64,000 nt of DNA from Elusimicrobiota bacterium (lineage in GTDB: Bacteria; Elusimicrobiota; Elusimicrobia; UBA1565; UBA9628): positions 1,627,047 to 1,691,046 of the forward strand of contig CP096137.1 in NCBI GenBank assembly GCA_023213235.1. The letters are read 5' to 3'. The translations under genes and the position numbers were made by a program. The notes under the pieces are model-generated. The model ran no database searches. It worked only from the letters and a program-made list of their open reading frames with translations, and was not told the DNA's origin. Below, one piece after another: positions 8,018 to 17,473 of this stretch. The first letter of the stretch is position 1. The number at the start of each line of letters is the position of its first letter.

Positions 8018-10296
8018 ATGAACACGCCACTGAAGGATCCGGTCTGCGGGATGGAGGTCGACGAGGAGGGCCTCGCGCACGAGCACGACGGGCATACCTA
8101 CCGCTTCTGCAACCCGAAGTGCCGCGAGAAGTTCAAGGCCGATCCGCGCCGCTACCTCGGCGAGAAGCACGAAGACGCGCCGCCGGCGCCGGCCGGGACG
8201 AAGCACACCTGCCCTATGCACCCGGAGATAGTGCAGGACGGACCCGGCTCCTGCCCTCTCTGCGGCATGGCGCTCGAGCCGATGATGCCCTCGGCCGACG
8301 AGCCCGAGGACGCGGAGCTGTCCGACATGACGCGCCGACTCGCGATCAGCGCCGCGCTGACCTTGCCGGTCTTTACGGCGGAGATGGCGGGAATGAAGTT
8401 CGGCCACTTTCTCGAGCCTGAGACGATGGCCTGGGCGCAGTTCGCGCTGGCGACGCCGGTCGTGGTCTGGGGCGGGCTGCCGTTCTTTCAGCGCGGCTGG
8501 CAGTCGCTCAAGCGGCGGGCGCTCAACATGTTCACCTTGATCGCGCTGGGGACCGGCGCCGCCTACGGGTACAGCGTGATCGCCGCGGTCGCTCCCGGGC
8601 TTTTCCCGGAGGCGTTCCGCGACGCGCACGGGGCGCTGCCGCTTTACTTCGAGGCGGCGGCCGTGATCACGACCCTCGTCCTGGTCGGGCAGGTGCTGGA
8701 GCTGCGCGCGCGCGGAAAGACCGGCGAGGCGATCCGTTCCCTTCTGAGGCTCGCGCCGAAGACGGCCCGGAGGATCCGGGGAGGCGTCGAGGAGGACGTC
8801 CCGCTCGAGCGGGTCCATGCCGGCGACCTGCTCCGCGTCCGGCCCGGCGAGAGCGTCCCCGTCGACGGCGTCGTCGTCGAAGGCCGCAGCTCGGTGGATG
8901 AATCGATGATGACGGGCGAGCCGATCCCGGTGGAAAAGGCCGCCGGAGCGGCCGTCGTCGGCGGCACGGTCAACGGAACCGGCGGGTTCGTCCTGCGCGC
9001 GGAGAAGGTCGGGTCGGACACCATGCTCGCGAGGATCGTGCGCATGGTCGCCGACGCGCAGCGTAGCCGCGCGCCGATCCAGCGGCTGGCCGACACGGTC
9101 GCCGCCTGGTTCGTGCCCCTCGTCGTCGCCGTCTCCCTGCTCACGTTCGCGGCCTGGGCCTGGCTCGGCCCCGAGCCGCGCTTCGCGCACGCTCTCGTCA
9201 ACGCCGTCGCCGTGCTCATCATCGCGTGCCCCTGCGCGCTGGGACTGGCCACGCCGATGTCCATCATGGTCGGCATGGGCCGAGGGGCGAAGGCGGGGTC
9301 CTCTTCCGCGACGCGGCCGCGCTCGAGACGCTCGAGAAGGTGGACACGCTCGTCTTCGACAAGACCGGGACGCTCACGAAGGGACGGCCCGCGCTCACGG
9401 CGGTGATCGCCGCGGACGGCTTTGCCGAAGACGAGGTGCTGGCGCTGGCGGCCTCGGTGGAGAAGGGCAGCGAGCATCCGCTCGCGGCGGCCGTCGTCTC
9501 CTCCGCGGATGGGCGAGGACTTCCGGTCGCCGCGGCGTCGGAGTTCCGGTCGTTCACGGGGAAGGGCGTGTCGGGAGTCGTCGCCGGCCGGCGCGCGGCC
9601 TTCGGCAACGCGCGGCTCATGGAGGACCTCGGCGTTTCCCTGGACTCCCTCGCGGCGAAGGCCGAGGCGCTGCGCGCGGACGGCGGCACCGCGATGTTCC
9701 TCTCCGTCGACGGCCGGGCGGCGGGCATCCTCGCGGTGTCCGATGAGATCCGCCCGGACGCCAAGGCGGCGCTCGACATGCTGCGCTCCGACGGACTGCG
9801 CCTGGTCATGCTTTCGGGCGACAACCGCACGACCGCCGAGGCCGTGGCCCGGCGCCTCGGCATCCCGGAGGTGATCGCGGAGGTCCTGCCGGACCGCAAG
9901 CGCGCGCACATCGAGGCCCTGCAGCGCGAAGGCCGCAAGGTGGCGATGGCGGGAGACGGCGTCAACGACGCGCCGGCGCTGGCTCAGGCGGACGTCGGCA
10001 TCGCCATGGGCACGGGCGCCGACGTCGCGGTCCAGAGCGCCGGAGTGACGCTCGTGAAGGGGGAACTGGCGGCCGTCGTCCGGGCGCGGCGGCTGAGCGC
10101 GCAGGTCATGGGCAACATCCGTCAGAATCTCTTCTTCGCCTTCGCCTACAACGTCCTCGGAGTGCCGGTCGCGGCGGGCGTCCTCTATCCCGCCTTCGGC
10201 GTCCTGCTCAGCCCGATGATGGCGAGCGCGGCGATGAGCCTGAGCTCCGTCTCCGTGATCGCCAACGCCCTGCGCCTTCGCCGGGCGGCTCTTTAG
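8018..10296 (+). CDS. copA: Copper-translocating P1B-type ATPase with two N-terminal TRASH/YHS domains; frameshifted near 9288
   Basis: N-terminus has CGMEV...CNPKC and CPMHP...CPLCGM motifs. The transmembrane CPC motif ([14 protein letters not shown]), DKTGTLT phosphorylation site, [10 protein letters not shown] hinge and MLSGD are all present. ORF 8018..9406 and ORF 9226..10296 join if one G is restored in the GGGG run after GAKAG. Confidence 0.85.
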
Positions 10297-10338
10297 CGCC
10301 GCGAGCCGGCGACGGCTCAATAACTTATAATCCTGCGA

Positions 10339-11252
10339 ATGGTCCGTTCCTCGGAAGCGACGTTCGGCCTGGACGCGCGCGTCGAGGTTCTGTCGGTCCT
10401 GCAGCGGCTGGCGCGGCCGCCGGGCGCCGCGCCTCGCGGCGCCCGGGCCTACGCGGGCGCGATCCGCGCCCGCTTCGCCGCGTTCGCGGCTCATCCCGCC
10501 GTCGCCGCGCTGCGCGCGCTGCTGAGCGCGGGGAAGTCCGAGCCGCTGCTGACCGAGGTCGCGCTGCTTCTGCCCGACGCCGGCGGCCTGGCCGACGCCG
10601 AGACCTCGGCCTTTTCGCGCACGCGGCGGACTTCGCGAGCGCCTCGGGCGCCCGGAAGTTCTTCGACTCGCGGAAAAGGGATCGGACGGCCTTTCTCCGG
10701 CTCGCCGAGCGGGAGGCGGGGCGCGGCCAGAAGCCCGCCGAGGTCGAGGCGTACCTGCGGACTCCCTTTCCCGGCCGATGCCGCGTGATCCTCGCCCCGC
10801 TCCTGCCGCGGGAGTTCGCGGTGAACGTCTCGCGCGGCGGCGTCGAGACGCGCGTGCGCTGCGGCTCTTCCGGGTACGGGGGCAAGCTGACCTTCGAGCT
10901 CGACGCGTTCGACGCGTGCGTCGCCCATGAGCGCGTCCACACCGTCGTCGGGCCGCTCGTCGCCGCCTCGCGGGCGGCGTTCGAGGCTCTGCCCGGCCGG
11001 CCGCCCGCGACGTGCCGCGACCGGAGCTCCTGGGAGGGCTGCTACGAGGAGCACCTCGTGCGCGCGATCACGCTGCGCGCGCGCGGCGCGGCGCGCTCCC
11101 GCGCCGTTCTCGCGAGCTGGAGCCGTTCCGGCTATCCGTACCTGAGGCGGCTCTGCGCGGAGCTGGAAGGCTTCGAGGGCGCCGGGGGGACGACCCTCGC
11201 CGAGTTCCATCCCCGGTTGCTCGCGGCGTTTTTGTTAGAATCCCAGGCGTGA
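10339..11252 (+). CDS. DUF4932-like protein with HExxH motif (putative metallo-enzyme); frameshifted near 10610
   Basis: ORFs 10339..10788 and 10785..11252 are one gene split by a 1-nt frameshift. It contains CVAHERVHTVVGP (HExxH). It is homologous to two further copies in this window, at about 29597..30699 and 33640..35005. Confidence 0.5.
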
Positions 11253-12553
11253 AGCGGGACAAGAACCCGGCCTCCCTCGAGCGCGCCCAGGCCCTCTCCG
11301 ACGCGGGCGCGGTCGTCGAGGCCATCGAGGAGCTCGACCGCCTGATCGAGCTCGAGCCGAGCGCGGCGCTGCGCCTGCGCAAGACGCGCTTCCTGCTTCA
11401 GCGCAGGAACTACGTCGAGGCGGAGAAGGAACTCGAGCTCGTCGCGTCTTCGTCCCCGCGCGAGGCGGACCTTCCCCGGCTGCGCGCGGAGCTCTTCGTG
11501 ATGACCGACCGCCTTCCCGAGGCGCAGACGGCGCTCGAGGCGGCGCTGAAGGCCTCGCCCGCCGACGAGGACCTGCGCCTGCGCCGCCTGCGCGTGCTCG
11601 TCCAGCGCGGCTTCGAGAAGGAGGCGGCGGCCGAGAGCGCCTCGCTCGCGAAGGACGCAACGCCGCGCGGCCGGCTCGAGGCGCGGCTGTCCGGCGCCCA
11701 GCTCGCGCTCAAGAGCGGCGACCACCGCGGCGCCGAGAACGGCTTCAAGGCCCTGATGAAGGAGCTGCCGCAAGACGATCCCGTCTCGATGAAGGCGCGC
11801 CTGTACTGGGCGGCCTCGCGCGCCGTCGATCCCGAATTCCGCAGGAGGCATGGCATGGACGCGAACGCCCGCAAGCCGAGCAGGCTGTACCTGTGCGGCC
11901 TCGGCATCTTCCCGCCGTACACGGCCTCCCTTGAGGTGCTGCACGCGATCTCGACGTGCGACGTGATCTTCAACAACGTCGCCGGCCCGGAGACGCGCGA
12001 GGTGCTCGCCGAGTTCTGCGGCGACATCCGCCCGGCCTCCTACCAGGCGTGGCAGGACGAGCCGAAGTGGGCCGACCGCATCTTCGCGGAGCTCGACAAG
12101 GGGCGCACGGTCGGCTTCGTCACTCGCGGGCACCCGCTCGTCTTCGGGGGCCTCGCCGTCGAGCTCGTGCGCCGCTGCCACGCGAACAAGATCGACCACC
12201 GGACCTTCGGCGCGGTCTCCTCGATCGACCACCTCCTCGCCTACACGGGCAAGGGGCTCGGAGACGACTTCGGCGGCATCCAGGCGCTCGACCGCCCCGC
12301 GATCGAGAAGTCGAAGACCATGAACACGGCCGTGCCGCTGCTCGCGTGCTTCTACTCGGGCATGGAGGAGAAGGGCGAGGTCGCGAAGTTCCAGAAGAGC
12401 CTCGAGCGCTTCTACCCGAAGGAGCACCTGTGCTGGATGTTCGGACCGAAATACGACGACGCGCCCGCGACCGTGGCCGTCGGCGCGCTCGCCAAGACTT
12501 TTCCGACCGCGCACGCGAGCCTGATGCTGTACGTTCCGCCCCTGGGAAAATGA
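11249..12553 (+). CDS. TPR-repeat protein with C-terminal tetrapyrrole-methylase-fold (TP_methylase/diphthine-synthase-like) domain, paralog 1
   Basis: GTG start overlaps the upstream stop (GTGA). The N-terminal half has TPR-like helices. The C-terminal domain shows RLYLCGLGIFPPYTASLEVLHAISTCDVIFNN...GFVTRGHPLVFGG...FGAVSSIDHLLAYTG, which matches the TP_methylase beta-alpha-beta start motif (GLG in place of GPG, as in Dph5) and the GxPxxFG block. Confidence 0.6.
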   Translation: MKRDKNPASLERAQALSDAGAVVEAIEELDRLIELEPSAALRLRKTRFLLQRRNYVEAEKELELVASSSPREADLPRLRAELFVMTDRLPEAQTALEAALKASPADEDLRLRRLRVLVQRGFEKEAAAESASLAKDATPRGRLEARLSGAQLALKSGDHRGAENGFKALMKELPQDDPVSMKARLYWAASRAVDPEFRRRHGMDANARKPSRLYLCGLGIFPPYTASLEVLHAISTCDVIFNNVAGPETREVLAEFCGDIRPASYQAWQDEPKWADRIFAELDKGRTVGFVTRGHPLVFGGLAVELVRRCHANKIDHRTFGAVSSIDHLLAYTGKGLGDDFGGIQALDRPAIEKSKTMNTAVPLLACFYSGMEEKGEVAKFQKSLERFYPKEHLCWMFGPKYDDAPATVAVGALAKTFPTAHASLMLYVPPLGK

Positions 12554-14384
12554 AAGAGCTCGACTCCGACGGTCGCAGCTACCTGACCTGCCTGATCGGC
12601 CTGCCTCCGGGCGGGCGCGAGCGTTGGGAGAAGGCGCTGGCCGGGGCGAAGGGAAGCGCGCTCGCCGGGCGCGCGCTCGCGATGCTCGGCCGCGACGCCG
12701 AGGCTCTCGCCGTCCTCGACAAGGCCGTCGCGCGCGACGCGAAGGACGCCGAGGCCTGGGCCTGGCGCGGCGAGGCGCACCTGCTCGCCGGCCGGCTCGA
12801 TCCGGCGCGCCGCGACCTCGACCGCGCGGCCGAACTCGCGACGTCGTGGCCGTGGGCGCGCATCCTGCGCGCGGTCACGATGCTGTCGGTGGGGGACGTC
12901 GCCGGCGCCTCGGCCGAATTGGCGAAGACGGACGCGCCCGAGGCCGCCGTCGTCGCGGCCCTCGTCGAAGGCCAGCGCGGTCAAGCCGCGCAGGGCGTCG
13001 CGACCCTCGCGAAGGCCGACAGCGGCCCCGCCTACGCCGTGCGCGCGTTGCTCAAGCTCGGCCTGGGCGACCTGCCGGGCGGCCTCGCCGATATTCAAGA
13101 GGCGGCCAAGCTCGAGCCGTCGGCGTGGGTGCTCATGCGCCGGGCCGACGCGCTCAACCGCTCCGGCTTCTACCGCGACGCGCTCAAGGACGCCTTCAAG
13201 GCCGCCGAGCTTCTGCCCGGCGTGCCCGAGCCGCGCCTGCAGGCCGCGAACATCTACTTCGACCAGGCCTTTTACCCGGAGGCCCTCGAGCACATGGAGG
13301 CCGCGCTCGCCTGCTCGCCCGACGACGCGGCCCTGCTCGCGCGCCGCGCGCGCTTTCATCTCCTTCTCGGGAGGCTGGAGGAGGCCGAGGCCGGCCTCGA
13401 CCGCGCGCTGAAGTCCGCTCCCGGCGACGGCCAGCTCGTTTACGAGCGCCTCAACGTGATCGCCCTGCGCGGACGCTACGACGAGGTGCTCAAGGCCATC
13501 AAAAGGGCGCGTTGTCGGCGCCGTTCGACTCCTATCTGACCGCCTACGTGCTGTGCCGCAAGGGCGAGCGCGCCAAGGCCGTGAAGCCGTTTCTCGCCGC
13601 GGCCGCCGCGTCCGAGGGCGGGTTCGCCGAGCGCTGCCGCTTCTACGCGCTCGTCTGCCGCGTGCTGTCGGAGAAGCCGTCGGGCAAGCCCGTCAAGCAC
13701 CCGCAGTTCTACCTGTGCGGCGTCGGCATCCATCATCCCTACCAGATCACGACGGAGATCCTGCGCGCGCTCGACGCCTGCGAGGTCCTCTACAACAATC
13801 TCGGAGACCCGCAGGTCTCGGAGTTCCTCGGCCTCTTCGGCGCCGAGATCCGCGCGGTGACCCGCGTCGACAACGAGCCGGCGATGGGCCGCGTGCAGCG
13901 CATCATCGCGGGCCTGCAGAGGGGAAAGACCTCCGGGTTCGTCACGCGCATCCACCCGTTCATCTACCGCCGCATCGCCAACGACCTCGTCGTCGTCTGC
14001 GACGAGAAGAAGATCGACTTCAAGGCCTTCGGCGCCGTCTCGCTGACCGAGGTCGCCTGGGGCCTCGGCACCGCCGAGCCCGACCACGGCCCGGCGCGCG
14101 GCCCGTTCGGCCTGCGCGTCTTCGACCTCGTCCATCTGGTGAAGAACCCGTCCCAGCTCGATCACCGCCTCGCGACGATCGTCTACGCGATCGCCAACGA
14201 CGAGGACCGGCGGAGCTTCTGTCAATTGGTGCGGGAGAAGTACGACCCGGCGCGCACCGTCTACTTCCTGGCCGGCTCCGGCGACCGCGAGCAGCAGGTC
14301 GTGTCGGCGCCCGTGAGCCGGATCGAGGAGAAGCTCCTCTCGCTCGACCTCGGCACCGTGACCTATCTGCCCCCGGACCTTTGA
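12550..14384 (+). CDS. TPR + TP_methylase-fold protein, paralog 2; frameshifted near 13500
   Basis: ATG overlaps the previous stop (ATGA). TPR-like N-terminus in ORF 11956..13539. After a frame break at an AAAA run, ORF 12624..14384 continues: PQFYLCGVGIHHPYQITTEILRALDACEVLYNN...GFVTRIHPFIYRRI...FGAVSLTEVAWGLG. Confidence 0.55.
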
Positions 14385-14391
14385 GGAAAAC

Positions 14392-15042
14392 ATGGAACAG
14401 CTGATCATCTGCGGCCTCGGCGTGCGCGTGCCCGAGGAGACGACGCTCGAGACCATCCAGGCGCTGGCGGACTGCCGCGTCGTGTACTCCGACCTCGACG
14501 ACGAGAAGGCCCGGAAGTGGCTGTCGGGCTACGTCGCCAAGCTCGTGCGGCCGAAGTCGGCCGACGAGGTGCTCAAGGACGCGCCGAAGGGGGGCGTCGG
14601 CCTCGCGGTGTGGGGGCACCCGCAGTCGTCGAGCCGGCTCGCGCGCGACGTCGAGCTCGGCGCCCAGAAGGCCAAGCTCGGCTACCGCGTGTACGGCGCG
14701 ATCTCGCCGATCGGCTCGTCGTTCGCGCGCTCGGTCTCCTTCCTCGGCGGCGACTACGGCTACCAGGGCATCCAGTCCTACGACGTGAGCGCCGTGCTCG
14801 ACGACCCCAAGGGCGCGACGGCCGACCTGCCGCTCGTGCTCTACGCGGAGCGCGCCTCGGCCGCCGACTGGAAGAAGGCGCTGGCCCTGCTGGCCCCGTC
14901 CTACCCGAAGGGGCACAAGGCCCGGCTGTTCGCGCCCGGCGGCGAGAGCGAGACGGAGCTGGCCGCCGCCGCGCCCGGCGACCGCTGCGTGCTCCTGATC
15001 CCGCCGGCCAAGCCGCTCGAGGTCCGCAAGTTCAAATGGTGA
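14392..15042 (+). CDS. Standalone TP_methylase-fold protein (216 aa), paralog 4
   Basis: Reads MEQLIICGLGVRVPEETTLETIQALADCRVVYSD...GLAVWGHPQSS...YGAISPIGSSFAR, the same domain family as the fusion paralogs but without a TPR region. Confidence 0.55.
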   Translation: MEQLIICGLGVRVPEETTLETIQALADCRVVYSDLDDEKARKWLSGYVAKLVRPKSADEVLKDAPKGGVGLAVWGHPQSSSRLARDVELGAQKAKLGYRVYGAISPIGSSFARSVSFLGGDYGYQGIQSYDVSAVLDDPKGATADLPLVLYAERASAADWKKALALLAPSYPKGHKARLFAPGGESETELAAAAPGDRCVLLIPPAKPLEVRKFKW

Positions 15043-15875
15043 GCTGGCGCGGCCGGCGCGTCCTCGTCACCGGGGGCACCGGCTTCATCGGCTCCGCGCT
15101 CGTCAAGCGACTCGTCCGCGAAGGGGCCGAGGTTCATCTGCTGGTGCGCGCCTCGTCCACGGGCGCCAAGCTCGGCTCCGCGTGGGACAAGGCGAAGAGG
15201 CACGTCGGGAATCTCTCGGACGAGGCGTCCCTGCGCGCCGCCGTCGCGGCCGCGGCGCCCGAGGCCGTCTTCCACCTCGCGAAGGACCGCGGCGCCTCGA
15301 CGTTCGCGCGCGAGGCCGAGGCCACGCGGCTCCTCGGACGGGTCCTCAAGGGCGCGCCCGGCCTGCGCCGGCTCGTGCGCACCGTCCACGACGCGCCGCG
15401 GCGCGCCGACGACGAGGCCCTGACCGCGGAGCTCGCCGCGGCCGGCCTGCCCGTCGTCGCGCTCGAGCTGTTCCTCGTCTACGGGCCGGGCATGCCGGCC
15501 GGCGACTTCCCGCTCTCGATGGTCCGCGGCGCGCGCCCCGCGGAGCTTTCCGCGGCGGCGAAGGACTGGGTGTGGATCGACGACGTCGTCGAGGCCTACC
15601 TGCTCGCCTCCCACGCCTCGGGAGTCGAGGGCGCGACGATCCCGGTCGGCACCGGCCGGGGCGTGACCGAGGCGGACGCCGCCGCGCTGCTGCTGCGCCT
15701 GGCCGGAGACGCCTCGCGGCCGCCGCGCGCGGCGGGCGAGGCGGGCGGGCATCCGGCCGATCCCGCGCCGGGGCGCCGCTTCCTGCGCTGGAGCCCGCGC
15801 GTGCAGCTCGAGCAGGGGCTCGGCCGCCTGCTCGGAGCGGACGCCTCGCGCCCGGACCTCGCCGCCGAGCGCCGA
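15036..15875 (+). CDS. NAD-dependent epimerase/dehydratase (extended SDR); no stop before the next domain
   Basis: ATG overlaps the upstream stop (ATGGTGA). RVLVTGGTGFIGSALVKRL is a Rossmann GxxGxxG motif. No stop separates it from the downstream TPR/TP_methylase coding region in ORF 14517..16298, so the 3' boundary is uncertain. Confidence 0.45.
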
Positions 15876-15877
15876 CG

Positions 15878-17473
15878 CATGACGCCGTGGCTCGGCGAGC
15901 CCGGCGGCCGCGCGGGGCGCGCCGCGCGCGGCGCCGCGTGGGCGCACGTCGACCGGGCCGCCGCGCTGTACGCGAAGGGCGACCTCGAGGGCGCCGGCCG
16001 CGAGGCCGACCTGTTCATCGGCAAGCTGCCCGGCGCCGCCGCCGGCCCCGCGATGAAGGCCCTGCTCGCCGCCCAGGCCGGAGACCGCGCCGGCGCCGAG
16101 CGCTGGCTCGAGGCCGCCGGCCCCGCGGGGCCCGTGGGCTGGACGCGCGCGTTGCGCGGACTGCTGCGCTCGCGCTGGGGGAGCTCGAGCTGGCGCGCGA
16201 GGACCTCGCCGCGACGCGCCTCGTCGAGCGCTCGGCGTGGGCGTGCGCGGAGCGCGCCGAGGCCTTCAACCGGTCGGGGCTGTACTGGAGCGCTCTGACC
16301 GAGCTCGACCACATGCGCCGCACGATGCCCGGCAGCCCGGAGCCGGACCTGCGCGCCTCGGCGATCCACCTCGAGCAGGCGCAGTACGAGGAGGCCGCGG
16401 CGCGCCTGGCGCGCGCCGCGAAGGCCGCGCCGCGCGACGCCGCGGTGCCGCGCCAGCTCTCGCGCGTGCGCTTCGTCGAGGGCGACCTTCCCGGCGCGCG
16501 CGCCGCGATCGAGCGCGCCGCGCGCCTGGCGCCCGGCGACGAGTCGATCCGCCGCGAGCTCCTGCGCCTGTGCGTCCTGCAGGACGACGCGAAGGCCGCG
16601 GAAAAGCTCCTCGCCGGAGCCTGGGGCCCCGGCGTGCGCGAGTTCTGGCGCGCCTACATGGCCTGCCGCGCGAAGCGCTTCGACGAGAGCGTCCGCCTCT
16701 TCAAGGAGGCGGCCGCGTCCGCCGATCCGTCGCTGTCCGCGACGGCCCGCTTCTATATCGTCGTCGTGCGGACCATCGCCGAGACCCCGCCCGCCCCGCC
16801 GCCGCCGCCGGGCCGGGAACTCCTCGTCATGGGCCTCGGCTTCCGGCACCCGTACCAGTCGAGCGTCGAGGTGATCCGCGCGCTCGTGTCCGCCGAGGAG
16901 TTCTTCAGCAACCTCTCCGACACCACGGTCGCCGACATGCTCGGCCTCTTCGGCTCGCCGATGCGCACGATCGTCTTCCGCCGCTCCGACGGGCAGTCGA
17001 CGGCCTGCGCGCGCATCGTCCTGCGCGGCATGAAGACGCTCAAGCGCGGCGCGGTCGTCACGCGCGGCATGCCGAGCTACTACGGCCGCCTGGCGTATCG
17101 CCTCGTCAAGGACTGCGCCAGGCTCGGCATCGCCTGCCGCATCCCGCCGTCGGTGGCGATCGCCGACTTCCTGCCCGCGCTCGCCGGCCGCAGCACCGGC
17201 ACGGCGCTCGGCTTCGAGGTGCGCGACACCAACGGGCTCGACGGCATGGACCCGCGCCTGCCCGCGATCGTCTACAACTTCTCCACCGACGGGCGCGCCG
17301 CGCAGGCGCGCCGCATCGCGGGGCTGTTCGCGCCCGAGGATCCGTGCTGGCTGATGGCCGGCTCCGGCTACTCCGAGTACGAGCCCGTCGAGACGACGAT
17401 CGCCGCGCTCGAGCGCGGGCTCATGGCCGCCGACTCGGCCGTGACCTTGCTGCTTCCCTCGAGAAAAGCGTGA
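15878..17473 (+). CDS. TPR + TP_methylase-fold protein, paralog 3; frameshifted near 16165
   Basis: ORF 15182..17473 carries TPR-like text followed by GRELLVMGLGFRHPYQSSVEVIRALVSAEEFFSN...VVTRGMPSYYGRL...IPPSVAIADFLPALAG. The upstream part (MTPWLGE...) is in the frame of ORF 14517..16298. Confidence 0.5.
   Translation, partial: HDAVARRARRPRGARRARRRVGARRPGRRAVREGRPRGRRPRGRPVHRQAARRRRRPRDEGPARRPGRRPRRRRALARGRRPRGARGLDARVARTAALALGELELAREDLAATRLVERSAWACAERAEAFNRSGLYWSALTELDHMRRTMPGSPEPDLRASAIHLEQAQYEEAAARLARAAKAAPRDAAVPRQLSRVRFVEGDLPGARAAIERAARLAPGDESIRRELLRLCVLQDDAKAAEKLLAGAWGPGVREFWRAYMACRAKRFDESVRLFKEAAASADPSLSATARFYIVVVRTIAETPPAPPPPPGRELLVMGLGFRHPYQSSVEVIRALVSAEEFFSNLSDTTVADMLGLFGSPMRTIVFRRSDGQSTACARIVLRGMKTLKRGAVVTRGMPSYYGRLAYRLVKDCARLGIACRIPPSVAIADFLPALAGRSTGTALGFEVRDTNGLDGMDPRLPAIVYNFSTDGRAAQARRIAGLFAPEDPCWLMAGSGYSEYEPVETTIAALERGLMAADSAVTLLLPSRKA

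Noticed and set aside
10300-10338. TTATAAT hexamer downstream of copA as a promoter for the DUF4932 gene
   Set aside because: There is no acceptable -35 element at 16-18 bp spacing and the hexamer lies only about 10 nt from the start codon. Read-through transcription from copA is equally plausible.
11012-11248. Upstream ATG-initiated extension (MPRPELLGG...) of the first TPR/TP_methylase gene, overlapping the DUF4932 gene by about 240 nt
   Set aside because: The extension is low-complexity and overlaps a real coding region in another frame. A GTG at about 11249 directly overlapping the upstream stop (GTGA) fits the junction pattern used throughout the locus.
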